DNA of 64,000 bases from Octopus bimaculoides. Taxonomy: Eukaryota. Under the pieces are notes generated by a model. The model saw only the letters and a list, made by a program, of their open reading frames with translations, was not told where the DNA came from and ran no database searches. The stretch is from contig NC_068988.1 in assembly GCF_001194135.2 (NCBI RefSeq), forward strand, positions 46,693,336 through 46,757,335, written 5' to 3'. Made by a program: the position numbers and the translations under genes. Of this stretch, positions 38,622 to 51,550 are shown one piece after another (positions within the stretch are counted from its first letter, which is position 1; every line of letters begins with the position of its first letter).

Positions 38622-39534
38622 TCCATTTACTACATATATGGGAAAATCTGTCTGTGGGTGTGTTTGTGGAGCTGTTAGCTAACTCCTCCTACATCGCTTT
38701 ATCGATTTTGATGAAACTTTATACGTAAGTAGAAATCATATCTGTTAACCTCGTGGCTTAATCAGATTATTGAAAACGTCAATAATAGGGCCACCGGAAA
38801 GGATCCTTATATATATCTCATATATTTTATTTTTAAAACCAAGGGAAATGACCCATTTGCCCCTGGAAGGGATCCTTATATATAACCAAGAGAAATAACT
38901 CATTCATTTTCCTAAATTATTTGGTAAACATGAAATTGAGTATGCTTATCTCATAGTATTTGAACTGTTAGAGTTATTTTTGCAATTTATTCAGTACAGC
39001 CCAACTAAATATTATTTTCCTAACCAATAGATCCAATTATTTCGGTTGACGACTTATTCGCGAATATACCAACACTAGCGACCCTGAAGGTAATATTCTC
39101 TGGAAACCCACAAAAGCCCTTTTCAGAGTTATTTACTTTGAATTGTTATTATCTCATATCTGATTAGCTTGTTATTACGTAACATGTTTCACGATTTTAG
39201 TATCCATATCTTATTAGTATTTCTTCCTATGTTCTAAATACTCTGCAAACACATTAAAGCCCTTTTGGGGGCTACTTTCTTTGAATTCTTACTATCAGGT
39301 AATTAATTTAATGTTATTACATAACTGACTTCACGATTTGTGTATTCATAAGTTATTGAGAATTTCTAAAAACAAGATCCTATGTAAGACAGTTCGGTAT
39401 TCTCTGTAAATGCACAAAAACCGTTTTAAGGGTACATACTTTGCATTGTTGTTATTGGATTAGCGAAACGATTATGAGAACGGAACGAAGGGATAAGCCC
39501 CACTTTCCCGGAAATTACCGAGTATGTCAGCTAG
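38622..39534 (+). mobile_element. Non-autonomous Helitron-like element with internal tandem repeats
   Basis: A|TC start followed by CTGTCTGTGGGTGTGTTTGT...TCGATTTTGATGAAACTT; ends CCGAGTATGTCAGCTAG|T; internal ~145-160-bp unit present ~2.4 times. Confidence 0.55.
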
Positions 39535-39667
39535 TACATACACACACACAAACATATGCATAACTTAGAAATGTTTCGACCAAAGATTGGTCCAGGACAT
39601 GTCTAACTTAATAGCACCACCTGACAGGGTTAGCTAAATCCATTTTAAGTCAAGTTTTGTGGTATTA

Positions 39668-39975
39668 TGGTCCATTTGAGTAGGGAGTTCTTGTTGAGCG
39701 AGTTGTATCCAGGTATAGGTAATTATTCGATATTCCTTGAAGATATTTGTCCAGATTCTGTTTAAAGGTAAAGGGATCCTTTTCTTCTTTGATCTGCTTC
39801 AGGACAATGTTAAATAGAGCAGAGCCTGCTGAGAAAAAGAAATTGTGTTTCCGTGTGCTTAAATAATGTGATCCTGAATTAGGTAGGGGACGTATGGCCC
39901 GTGATCCTAGCCTTGGATGAATTTTGAAGTTACTGTTGAGGTCGTTTGGGCAATGCTGGTGGTATATTCTCCTTA
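39668..39975 (-). mobile_element. CR1/L2/Jockey-group LINE, C-terminal ORF fragment
   Basis: HPRLGSRAIRP...STRKHNFFFSAGSALFNIVLKQIKEEKDPFTFKQNLDKYLQGI resembles the N.F...GP.LFN.LP..I.......FK..LDKFL LINE C-terminus. Confidence 0.72.
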
Positions 39976-40344
39976 TATATATNNNNNNNNNNNNNNNNNN
40001 NNNNNNNNNNNNNNNNNNNNNNNNNNNNNNNNNNNNNNNNNNNNNNNNNNNNNNNNNNNNNNNNNNNNNNNNNNNNNNNNNNNNNNNNNNNNNNNNNNNN
40101 NNNNNNNNNNNNNNNNNNNNNNNNNNNNNNNNNNNNNNNNNNNNNNNNNNNNNNNNNNNNNNNNNNNNNNNNNNNNNNNNNNNNNNNNNNNNNNNNNNNN
40201 NNNNNNNNNNNNNNNNNNNNNNNNNNNNNNNNNNNNNNNNNNNNNNNNNNNNNNNNNNNNNNNNNNNNNNNNNNNNNNNNNNNNNNNTATATATATATAT
40301 ATATATATATATATGCATATATGTACGCATTCATACATGTATGT

Positions 40345-40540
40345 ACACATCATCGTCATCATCTTCTTCATCGTTTAGCGTCCCTTTCCATGCTTCCATG
40401 GGTTAAATGGTTTGACTAGGAGTAGAAATCCAGAGAGCTGTGCCAAGTACCATTCTGATATGGGTTGGTATCTACAGCTGGATGAATTTCTTAATGTCAA
40501 CCACTTCAAAAGTGTAGTGGTACCTTTTACATGTCACCAG
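40345..40540 (-). mobile_element. Degenerate 3' end of a LINE/SINE with (ATG)n tail, probably RTE-related
   Basis: CATCATC tract followed by CGTTTAGCGTCCCTTTCCATGCTTCCATGGGTT...CTACAGCTGGATG; clade assignment from memory only. Confidence 0.4.
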
Positions 40541-40718
40541 GATATACATATATACATACATATATATAGATAAACATAAATATACACACACACACACACA
40601 CACATACACACACATATATATCTATGTAATACAAATAATATATGAGTATAGGCATACATACGTACATGTATGTACATACCTACATCTACACGTATATATA
40701 TAGATGCANNNNNNNNNN

Positions 40719-40906
40719 ACATACGTACATGTATGTACATACCTACATCTACACGTATATATATAGATGCATATCTGGGTACGGACGTTGCAAAATGACA
40801 TGGACAAAAAGATAAACAGAATACGAAAACACACAGGCCACATAGAGAACATTTCCTTCATCAACTGCCACCATTTCAAAACTAAGCGTTTCGAAGAGTT
40901 AGGGCA
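40719..40906 (-). repeat. Unclassified interspersed repeat, copy 2 (see 14561-14745)
   Basis: Reverse-complement match by eye to 14561-14745. Confidence 0.8.
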
Positions 40907-41058
40907 GAACGCATTGTTAGAATGACTTTTCCCACGGACCACAAATTAAATTTGTACCGTAGAGGAATGTAGTGGCGGACAGAAAACAAGACAGGAAAAC
41001 GTAACAGTGAAAAAAAGTACATATATTCATATACACACACAAATAGATATGCACATAC

Positions 41059-41098
<40 letters not shown>

Positions 41099-41408
41099 AT
41101 TGGAATTGTTACTTACTTATTTGTAATTCACCTCTTTCAGAATATGCCTCTCATATATTCTAAAGTATATATTAGAGAATATATTTAATAAAATGTACAT
41201 GTCTGAATAGCTCAAGAATGGATTATATATTCAGTCGGGTCAAAATAACTGCATACATTACTCGAATATTATTCAGCCAGTACTTCTGTTCCAAGGTTGG
41301 TATTCAACTAAAAATTGTTGTATGTGCATTTTATTCTGACCAAACTAGGTGCTTCACCTTTAAGTACCTCATTCATCTGAATCTTGTTATGTTATATATA
41401 TATATGTG

Positions 41409-41447
<39 letters not shown>

Positions 41448-41874
41448 CTTTGACAGGCTTTGTTCAGTTACCATGTGGTAAATTACTTTACAAGAGGCAG
41501 TGTAAGTTCAGGGTAGATGAAACTTGCTCCAGGCACCATACAGTAAGACAGAAACAGACTTCTTAACCACACAGCAACAACTGTATTAGTGAAATAATAT
41601 TTATTTAAAAAATGGCTGAATGATAATATATATAAAACAAGTAACAAATAATATAACTAAATTGTGCAATGTCTCAGTCCTTTATGAAATGATTTCAAAT
41701 TCTGCTATAGTTACCTCTAACTTTCATCTCTGTGAGGCTCATATAACAAAGGGCCAATCAATTATTAAGATCAATGATATTGACTAATTCCTTCCCCCCC
41801 ACAATTGCTGGATATGTGATTAGTTTAAGAATTAAGGGTGATTTATTAGTGGGATTATTAGAGTACAGGACGAA

Positions 41875-42050
41875 ATAATCTGTGGTCTTTGTTCTGGCTT
41901 TTTAATTTCTGACTTCAAACCACAAGGAATTCAACTTTGCCTTTATTCTTCTGGGATTGATACAGTTAAGTGCCTGTCAAGTACTAGGGCTGATAGTACT
42001 GAGTAACCTCTGACCCTCAGAATTGTTGTATTGTGCTTAATAAGCAAAAA
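41875..42050 (+). mobile_element. Degenerate family C SINE
   Basis: TTCTGACTTCAAACCACAAGGAATTCAACTTTGCCTTTATTCTTCTGGGATTGATACAGTTAAGTGCC. Confidence 0.6.
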
Positions 42051-42469
42051 TTATTTTTTGCTAGAATCATCAGAACATCTGACAAAATGTGTTACATTAT
42101 TTGTCTCCCTTTTTCTGTTTTGATTCCACCCATAACAGAAATGGTAGCAACTTGTATGAACCCTTGCCTTATCTTTTCCTTTGACAACATTGGTGGCATA
42201 GAGTGAAGAAGAGGAAAGATTTATTGTGAAGTCAACTGTTGGTCATACATAAAAAAAGGAAAGAACATTCTTGCCCAGACCAGAACACAGCAGAGGAACT
42301 TTATAGATGCAGATAATATATGTTGAAACTTGACCAACGGAAGTTTAGGATATTTATATATTTGAAATTAGATTCTACTTTCTTATATCACAAAGGTATA
42401 TATACTAATATTAGAAATTAATAAATGGTTAGAAAGATTAAAAACAAAAAAAGAAAGAAATGATTTAGT

Positions 42470-42770
42470 ATCATTTACAGGCATTAATATTGGTATTGTC
42501 AAGAACTTTCTCATGTCTATAGTTATTGGAAAGCTGTCAATTTCTTCACAGAAATAGCTGTGTATCATTCCAGTTGCACCAATTACAAATGAAAAGATAG
42601 ACACATTTCTTACATGCCCTAATGACTTTAGATTCAATCGTTAAGTTGATATAATTCCTTAACTTTGTGACTTGCTGTTACATTATGACATTTAATCATT
42701 GATATAGCGGTACTGAATGCTGTCAGACTATAATTCCTGAGCTTCTCTGCTCACTTCTGCCTGACAACAT
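42470..42770 (-). mobile_element. Decayed R4/Dong-type retrotransposon, endonuclease region
   Basis: KLRNYINLTIE then, after a frameshift, NVSIFSFVIGATGMIH resemble the K..KY.DL..E and IP.VIGA.GMI motifs. Confidence 0.5.
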
Positions 42771-42964
42771 AATCACTCAGTATTGCTTTGTCAATTATTA
42801 ATTATTAATCTAAGTACTAATATTCAGAGGTGTAATTGCTAAATGGATAAAGGTATTGGATTCCTGGCCTTTAAAATGGTGAGGCTGTATCCAATTGTAG
42901 ATATTAAATGAATGAACAAGACACTTAAATTTAGTGGTCTAAAGCTTTATGACTAAACAAGTAA

Positions 42965-43057
42965 CTACTGCTGTAATTGCCATCACTACCACTGTTACTC
43001 CTGCTGCTGCTACTGCTGCTGCTGCTACTGCTGCTGCTGGTACTACTGCTGCTACTG

Positions 43058-43132
<75 letters not shown>

Positions 43133-43155
43133 TTAATAATCATGATGATGATGAT
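42965..43155. repeat. Compound (CTG)(CTA)(ATA)(ATG) microsatellite
   Basis: Direct reading. Confidence 0.95.
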
Positions 43156-43739
43156 ACGTTGGTGTCGACATTATTATATAAGTTGTCAGTGAATATAATA
43201 TTCTTAAAAGCTTAATACTAAACATGATGCAGCAGAAATGACCAAAAGAGCTGAGAGGTGGTGTAGATGCTATTAAATTCTCCCCCCCCCCACCATGCAG
43301 AGTTAATAGAAGCTATTGGAGTGAATGATGCAGAATTGGATGAGGTGCTTAACCATAGCAAGTTTAGAATGAAGGCAGTTTTATTTCCAAATCTTTCCCT
43401 ATCATTCTGCCATGGAAAATTTAAAAACAATCTTCAGTATTACATTAAGGGGATATTAATATATCAGTAAAATTGAGTATCAATGATCAAGTCATAGATG
43501 TATTATGAAAGACTTCCAAATCTGATATTATATAATATTATTACGTAATAAAATAGAAGCAATACAATAGGATATGGGTGTGTTTTAAATGGATATCATG
43601 AATCATGCACTGTACAATATTAGGTCTGAATTAATGGATTCTGTTCTCCGCATTTAAAAATTAATCTTGAATGGAGAATAATCATCATCACTGATAATGT
43701 TAATAAAATTTGAGGCATTTTGTCTCAGATTTGATGACT

Positions 43740-43845
43740 GAATATGATCATTTATTTTATTCCACCTCTTGACTGGTACATATTCGCTTGACCTTTTGAT
43801 GGATAGAAAGGGAAGTTGATGCGGGTGAGATTTGAACTCAGATTG
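43740..43845 (-). mobile_element. Degenerate family C SINE fragment
   Basis: GACTGGTACATATTCGCTTGACC...GGATAGAAAGGGAAGTTGATGCGGGTGAGATTTGAACTCAG. Confidence 0.55.
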
Positions 43846-43859
43846 TATAAGTCATAGCC

Positions 43860-44275
43860 ATGGAAGTGTAGTAAAAAGTTTGCTTTGCAGTTATGTGGTT
43901 TTGGCTTCATTCTTACTGTGTGGCATCTTGGGAAAGCGTGTTCTGCTATGGCCTTCTAGTGACCAAAGCCGTGATGGTGGATTTGGTGGATAGATACTAC
44001 TTAGAAGCCCATTGCACATAGATATATTCATCTATATATCTTATGTCTATCTTCTTTTCTTTTAGATATATTCATCTATATATCTTATATATATCTTCTT
44101 TTCTTTTAGATATATTCATCTATATATCTTATATCTATCTTCTTTTCTTTATAAATGTACACAAATGTGCATGTGTGTGTATGTTTTGTGTCTATCTCTT
44201 ACCACTTGATAACAGGTGCTGGGTTGAAAACATTAGACTAAGCACCAGACTTGAAAATAATTCAAATACTTAGAT
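43860..44275 (+). mobile_element. Degenerate family A SINE containing a 44-bp x3 minisatellite
   Basis: GTGGCATCTTGGGAAAGCGTG...GACCAAAGCCGTG..GGTGGATTTGG...GAAGCCC, then three tandem 44-mers (44020-44151), then CACTTGATAACAGGTGCTGG 3' remnant. Confidence 0.7.
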
Positions 44276-44426
44276 ATAAGTGATTGTAACCAGCACCCAA
44301 ATTTAAGTTCTTGTGTCTATGGATATATCAATAACATGCATTTTTATCACAACAATATGCTTTAACTGTAATTTGGGTGACATCCTGCAAAACCAATGTA
44401 TAGCTACACGAATAGTGAGAATTTAA

Positions 44427-44645
44427 CCCTCAAGCATTCAAATTACTTTAGTTTTCAAATATAATGCTTACTTATTTACATTGTTTTGAATTAATCAGGC
44501 ATTATCTTGTAGTTTTAAGATTTAAATGATGTGACTATTTTTAGAATGACATTATAGGGTAAGTGTAAGAGAACAGATCTGATTGCTGTGAATATAAATC
44601 AGGTAAATATTTGGGCTGGATATAGCTGGTTTAAATGCTAAAAGG
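44427..44645. mobile_element. piggyBac-type MITE with TTAA TSD
   Basis: TTAA|CCCTCAAGCATT ... AAATGCTAAAAGG|TTAA: imperfect TIRs flanked by TTAA. Confidence 0.65.
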
Positions 44646-45896
44646 TTAAATGTTAATTTGTCATAGACTCGTAACATAAATTTAGTAAAAACTGTGTCCA
44701 AAAACGTGCTTAGAAAAATCTAACTGGATCTTTGCAACAGATTAAGACATACCATATTACTATCATTGAAGAGGCTATGCAAAAATATGTTTCAGAAAAT
44801 ACAACAGTGATTTAGCTTTGACAGAATTGCCAAACAAACTGTAGATGATATTAAAGTATATTTTATCATCAAGTCATTAAATAAGATATTTTCACTATTT
44901 GTTAGCTTTTTTATTTCCATCAGCAAAAATAAAGTAACAAAAAAAAAAAAATATAAATTTGAACCTATTCTATGATATTTGAGAGATAGAGAAAGTATTT
45001 ATAATTCTCTTTGATTTTAAAGACAGGATGTCAAATAGCGCTTTGGGATTTTTGAAGAATATTCAATGTAGATTTGGTAAGTAGCATTCTTTCAAAAGAA
45101 TTCTTTGAAGTTTGCATAGTTTAGCTTGTGTTTCTTTATTTGATACACCACCTTTGATAAAGATTGCTTAGTTCTCAGTGTAAAACCCCAAAACATTACA
45201 GTTTTGAAATGTTCTCTTTTGATGTAGCGCTGGAGATATTTTATCTGCATAATCATGATGGCAGCAACAACAACAAATGCATTAATATTAGTAGTATTAA
45301 TAATGATAATAAATTTAATATAAATGATAGATACATGAAACATATGGTAAGAGAAATTGATTAAAAGACGGAAGTTTTGATTGCAGTCTGAAATGCGCAA
45401 AGATGACTTCAGCTATCTAAAATATTCTATTGAGATGCTAGGCAAAGAACTCTGTTCTTTGAGTTGCTAAGACATAACAGTTAATTTTTTTACCATCAGT
45501 GAGCTTTTCAACGTTATAGGTTTCTACATAATAAGACCATTATGGCATACATGATTATGAATGTTTGCATGGTGTTTGTATAACAAACGCTACACTCTCC
45601 TATGCGAAACACTTTAATGTTTCTGCATGTAAAATCATAAAAAATGCAGGTCATAAATGTATATGATTTTGGATGTAGAGAGAACGAAACACGCGCGCGC
45701 GTGCGCACACACACACACACATACACACATACACACACGCACTCACGCACACACACATACACACATGTATACATGTGCACACGCACGTGTACACACATAT
45801 CCATGTGTGTATATCAATGTATATATTTATTCATATATGTATGCATATAGAATATATATATATATATATGCATTATATATATATATATATATATAT

Positions 45897-46703
45897 NNNN
45901 NNNNNNNNNNNNNNNNNNNNNNNNNNNNNNNNNNNNNNNNNNNNNNNNNNNNNNNNNNNNNNNNNNNNNNNNNNNNNNNNNNNNNNNNNNNNNNNNNNNN
46001 NNNNNNNNNNNNNNNNNNNNNNNNNNNNNNNNNNNNNNNNNNNNNNNNNNNNNNNNNNNNNNNNNNNNNNNNNNNNNNNNNNNNNNNNNNNNNNNNNNNN
46101 NNNNNNNNNNNNNNNNNNNNNNNNNNNNNNNNNNNNNNNNNNNNNNNNNNNNNNNNNNNNNNNNNNNNNNNNNNNNNNNNNNNNNNNNNNNNNNNNNNNN
46201 NNNNNNNNNNNNNNNNNNNNNNNNNNNNNNNNNNNNNNNNNNNNNNNNNNNNNNNNNNNNNNNNNNNNNNNNNNNNNNNNNNNNNNNNNNNNNNNNNNNN
46301 NNNNNNNNNNNNNNNNNNNNNNNNNNNNNNNNNNNNNNNNNNNNNNNNNNNNNNNNNNNNNNNNNNNNNNNNNNNNNNNNNNNNNNNNNNNNNNNNNNNN
46401 NNNNNNNNNNNNNNNNNNNNNNNNNNNNNNNNNNNNNNNNNNNNNNNNNNNNNNNNNNNNNNNNNNNNNNNNNNNNNNNNNNNNNNNNNNNNNNNNNNNN
46501 NNNNNNNNNNNNNNNNNNNNNNNNNNNNNNNNNNNNNNNNNNNNNNNNNNNNNNNNNNNNNNNNNNNNNNNNNNNNNNNNNNNNNNNNNNNNNNNNNNNN
46601 NNNNNNNNNNNNNNNNNNNNNNNNNNNNNNNNNNNNNNNNNNNNNNNNNNNNNNNNNNNNNNNNNNNNNNNNNNNNNNNNNNNNNNNNNNNNNNNNNNNN
46701 NNN
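45897..46703. other. Largest assembly gap. Other gaps: 1318-1811, 5375-5474, 12585-12684, ~24387-24461, 27184-27695, 39983-40287 and several short ones
   Basis: N-runs, mostly flanked by (TA)n. Confidence 0.99.
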
Positions 46704-46737
<34 letters not shown>

Positions 46738-47218
46738 CGCGTGTGTGTGTGTGAGTGTTTATCAGTGTTAAGTACCTCCTAACAGTTAATGTAAAGGTAA
46801 GAAAAGTTTCATTAATCGAGGCCACATGTGTTGAAGAGAAATAAGCATGGAACCAATGCTTACATCTATCAAAGACAGGCAGGGCAAATAACCATGCTGT
46901 GCGAGTATACATACATACATACATACATACATACATACATACATAAATACAGTAATAGACATGTATTTATGAATATATACATGTACACACACACGGAAAG
47001 ACGTAGACAAAAGCATACACAAGGTCAGAGACATATGCACGATATTATTAGTTACAATGTGTGACTTTTAGAAGCTCAGTGACAAGATTTATTCAGCTAA
47101 CATTCAGGTTCAATCTCAACATGTGGCACCTACTTTAACCTCATTACAGGGAAATTATTTCAGAGTCCCTTGTGTGGGAGAGTGTGTGTAGATACATACA
47201 TACACACACACACACATA

Positions 47219-47254
<36 letters not shown>

Positions 47255-47337
47255 TGTATGTATGTATGTATATATGTATGTATANNNNNNNNNNNNNNNN
47301 NNNNNNNNNNNNNNNNNNNNNNNNNNNNNNNNNNNNN

Positions 47338-47370
<33 letters not shown>

Positions 47371-47384
47371 GTGGATACACGCAC

Positions 47385-47850
47385 ATACATATTGCAGGTG
47401 TTGCTGTGTCGTAAGAAGCTTGCTTCCCGACCACATATTTCCAAGTATAGTCCCACTGCATGGCACTTTGGGCAAGTGTCTTCTCCTATAGACATGGACC
47501 AACCAAAGTTTTATAAATGGATTTGTTTGTTTGTTTGTGTGTCTGTGTGTGTGTGTTTTGTGTTTGTGTTTGTGGATGTTCTATTCCCCCCCACCACCAC
47601 CACCACTCAGTAACCGGTGCTGGTGTGTTTACATTTCCATAAGTTTTTTTGCCCCCACCATTGCTTGACAACCGATGTTGCTGTGTTTATGTCTCTGCAA
47701 CTTAACGGTTTGGCAAAAGAGGCTGATAGAATAAGTACTAAGCTTACAAAAAGTAAGTCCTGGAGTTGATTTGTTCGACTAAAGGCAGTGCTCCAACATG
47801 GCCGCAGTCTCTTACATCATCTCTGAAACATTTAAAAGCACAAAACGAAT
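47385..47850 (+). mobile_element. Family A SINE, near full length
   Basis: GGCACTTTGGGCAAGTGTCTTCTCCTATAG core, TG tract, and 3' part to GCAGTGCTCCAACATGGCCGCAGTC. Confidence 0.85.
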
Positions 47851-48029
47851 GCTGTCACTACTCACTGTCTCTTTCACTCTCACTCTTTCTCTCTCACTCT
47901 TTCACTTTCTCTCTCCCTCTCTTTCTCTCTCTTACTTTCTCTCTGTCATTCTTTCTCTCGCTTTGCCACTTCTTTGAAGTGTGACACACACAACAAGTAC
48001 GTAGATAAACAAAAAGTTAGTGTATTAAT

Positions 48030-48051
48030 ATTATTGATAATAATAATAATG

Positions 48052-48124
<73 letters not shown>

Positions 48125-48165
48125 TAATAATAATGATAATAATAATAATAATAATGATAATAAAT
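48030..48165. repeat. (ATA)n microsatellite, probably the tail of a minus-strand retroelement 3' UTR extending to ~48500
   Basis: Direct reading; the tail interpretation is inference. Confidence 0.85.
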
Positions 48166-48679
48166 TGCCGTGATGCAGTATCAGGTAGTGGCTCTCATCG
48201 CTTCTGATCTTAACTGATTGGAAGTGTTATCTTGTACTTTGTTTTGTCTTGGTAAAAAAGATGGGTTACAATAAATATTCTGGTCAACACCGCAGATTTG
48301 CTTGTCAGTTGTTTGACCTTAACCAGTTGAGCATGTCCCTTAGTGCTTGATGATATGCGCATCTCTGATCACGAGCAGAAGTAGTGGGGGAACATCGTAG
48401 CTATGTGTTGAGAGGAATTCTTTGAAGTTTAGATAATTCGCCTCTAGAAACAGATGTTTGATTCAACATCCTTAAACAACCCATATTGAAGGACCATTTG
48501 AGTGTAATAGACTACTGGAGTGAAGAAAATTCTAACGGGACCTCCACCTGCAAAGTCATGCACTGTTTATTTTGCTATGAGATCACCATGCCGCGCATAT
48601 ATGGTTTGTTGGACTTGTATTAGTAGAAACGTTAGATTGTTTAGTAGAATACCTCACAGCATTTCTTATGGCTCACTAG

Positions 48680-48745
48680 CCCAGGGTTTAAACCCCATTG
48701 GGGTCAACTTCGCCTTTCATTCTTTCGAGGGTTGATAAAAATGTT
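48680..48745 (+). mobile_element. Family C SINE central fragment
   Basis: GGGGTCAACTTCGCCTTTCATTCTTTCGAGGGTTGATAAAA. Confidence 0.6.
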
Positions 48746-49637
48746 AATCCAGAGTATAAATGGCGAAACTGTTACATGATCAAGCCAGATGTCTAACTGT
48801 ATTTGTCCAAAGTCTTTCATCATGACAGCAACCCCTGTGAAGATACCAGTGCCGAGCAGTATCGGTCAAAGACGGTGAACTTCCCGTTGGCTCATTGGAC
48901 GGGAGAAGGGAGATTTATAAGCATGGATAACTACGAGTTTTAAAAACAGAGCTTGCCCAGGCCTGCACATATACGTGCTGATACATGGTTAAAATTTGAC
49001 TACCGGTAGATAGACCTACGCACAACAACAAAGTTTTGGGACGACATTGTACAGAAAACAGTAAAAATATAGAAAAATATCAGTTGACAACTTTACCAAA
49101 CGATATAGTACTCTACAAAAATAAAATAACTATGGAACATATGTCGCTAGCAATAAACAGCCCAAAATATAAGATGGATACAACATACGTAAAATAAACT
49201 ATGTAGTTTACGAGCAGTTAATCAATGAATAATTTTAAATCCGGCATTGATAATTTTATGAGTTATAACAGTATTCCCGTGATACTATACAACCTGCTGC
49301 AAATCGCACGAACAACACGCCATTAATACTATTACTTCATTCAGATGATTAAATCGAGAAGTTCTTGAAAGGTTAATGGGCTAATGGATTTAGGAAGGTT
49401 ATTGTTCCAAAATAAACACGAATGACTAGGGATGACAAGAAACATTCTTAATAATAAGAGATTAAACTTGAGGAGATTCATGCCATATAAAATAATATAT
49501 TCGGAAAAAAGTTTCTCCCTACTTATGGATACATACAAACATATGTATGTGTGTTTGTGCGTGTATGTACTTGTACGTGTGTGTGCGTATACGTATGTTT
49601 GTACATACATATATGCATATAATAAATAAATAAATAA

Positions 49638-49686
<49 letters not shown>

Positions 49687-50009
49687 TACTTTCGGGTTCA
49701 TTATTCACGTTTGGTAATTATGAAAAACGGATGGAGCTTAATTTATTTCTTTTAACAATTTTTAAATGAAATTTGAAGTAAATTTGAAAAACAGACAAAT
49801 AATGACATCGTTAATGTATTTTGCATTTATTCAATAATATTCCCATTGCTTACATGTTTTAACTTAATAGGTTTCTTTAGTACAATTCTGAATTTTAAAC
49901 GTAATGGAAAATTTTAGAGGAAAACTATGAAAATCAGATAATCTCAGAGTAACAACGGAGTTCTGGTCACGAAAATGGTACTTGTCTTCATAATCAGTAA
50001 TCATTTCTG

Positions 50010-50010
<1 letters not shown>

Positions 50011-50107
<97 letters not shown>

Positions 50108-50130
50108 ATATATATACATACACACACATA
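50011..50130. repeat. (CA)n microsatellite
   Basis: Direct reading. Confidence 0.95.
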
Positions 50131-50305
50131 TATGTGCGTGTGTTTGTGTGCTAATCTTAAACAAGAATACTGTCAACAACATTCTCGTTTAAGAATAATG
50201 AATTTGTACTCTTCAAAAAATGGAATGGAGCATCACATTAATCTAAAATTGTTTTTATTTGTAATTGGACATAAACACAAATATTGATAATATACATATA
50301 TGTAT

Positions 50306-50674
50306 ATATATAGTTGAAATTTATAGAAAAACAAAAGACGAAGACAAGTGTATGAACAACAAGCAAGTGTATTAGTTTGACGCTCGGGAAAATGAAAAGG
50401 TCTTTTACGTTTTCAGCCTACTCTCCTCAACAGTAAGGAATAACAGAAAATATACAGAGAGCAAATAAAAAAAAACTTGTAGATTTCAACGGTCCAGCAT
50501 GCCAAGATTTTTCATTCTCTCTCTGTTTATTTTCTCTTATTCCTTTCTGTTGAAGAGCGTAGGCTCGAAACGTAAAATACTTTTTCTTTTTCCCAAGCGT
50601 CAAACTAATACACTTGCTTGTTGTTCGTACACCTGTCTTCGTCTTTTGTTTTTCCCTAAATTTCAACTATATAT
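50306..50674. repeat. Foldback element: ~155-bp inverted arms with ~55-bp spacer, each arm carrying a hammerhead-like motif
   Basis: 50306-50461 aligns to the reverse complement of ~50518-50674 with scattered mismatches; right arm has TTT-CTGTTGA-a-GAGC gtag GCTC-GAAACGTA-AAA at 50544-50577. Confidence 0.9.
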
Positions 50675-50854
50675 TATACGCTCACGTGGTTACCCCTGTT
50701 TGATCCTGACTGAACTTCGTATTCTCCGAACTTTCCTATCTGTATCACTTCCCGAACTTCCAGCTCCTCTTCTCATCCACATACCAGCACTCCTCCTGGA
50801 TTACCACTGGAGCTACTGACTCTACCTCCACGGATTTCACTGGATGTTTTCGTT

Positions 50855-50890
<36 letters not shown>

Positions 50891-51376
50891 TGAGGAAAGA
50901 GAGAGCAAGAGATGTACATATATATATATATGTATATATATATATATGTATATATATATATAAGTATATATATATATATATATATATAGATATGTGTGTG
51001 TAACCTGTAGAAAGGTGTGCCTTTCAGTTGGAGGATTGAAAAAGCATGTCAAAAAGATTCCATACTGGGGCACCTGTTTCCTCTGCCAGCCAGCACAGCT
51101 ATACATTATGCAATAGAATGTGCTAATCTTTCGCCGGGCTCAATAGTCATACAAGTGCCTCACATTGCATCGCGCGCGCGTGTATGTGTAATATATGGTT
51201 TCACAGAATCGTGTACCTTTCCCAGCGAGGTTCTCTAACAGACTCGGCTAATGGTCCACACAGTAATCCAATACAAAGAGGTATAATGCAGAGTTTCATG
51301 GACCTGAAATCTTGGAGATCCGATTGATGTAATTATTTCATGAGAAGTGTATATACCCCATCATATTTATGGCTTA

Positions 51377-51434
<58 letters not shown>

Positions 51435-51550
51435 CATCTGCTTACAAAGATATTCGGAGATGTAAGCATATAGTAAACCATGTATCCAAAAATAATCGTA
51501 CTCTAAAAGATCGAAAATATCAATTAGAATAATGGCTGGCAGTTAATAGT

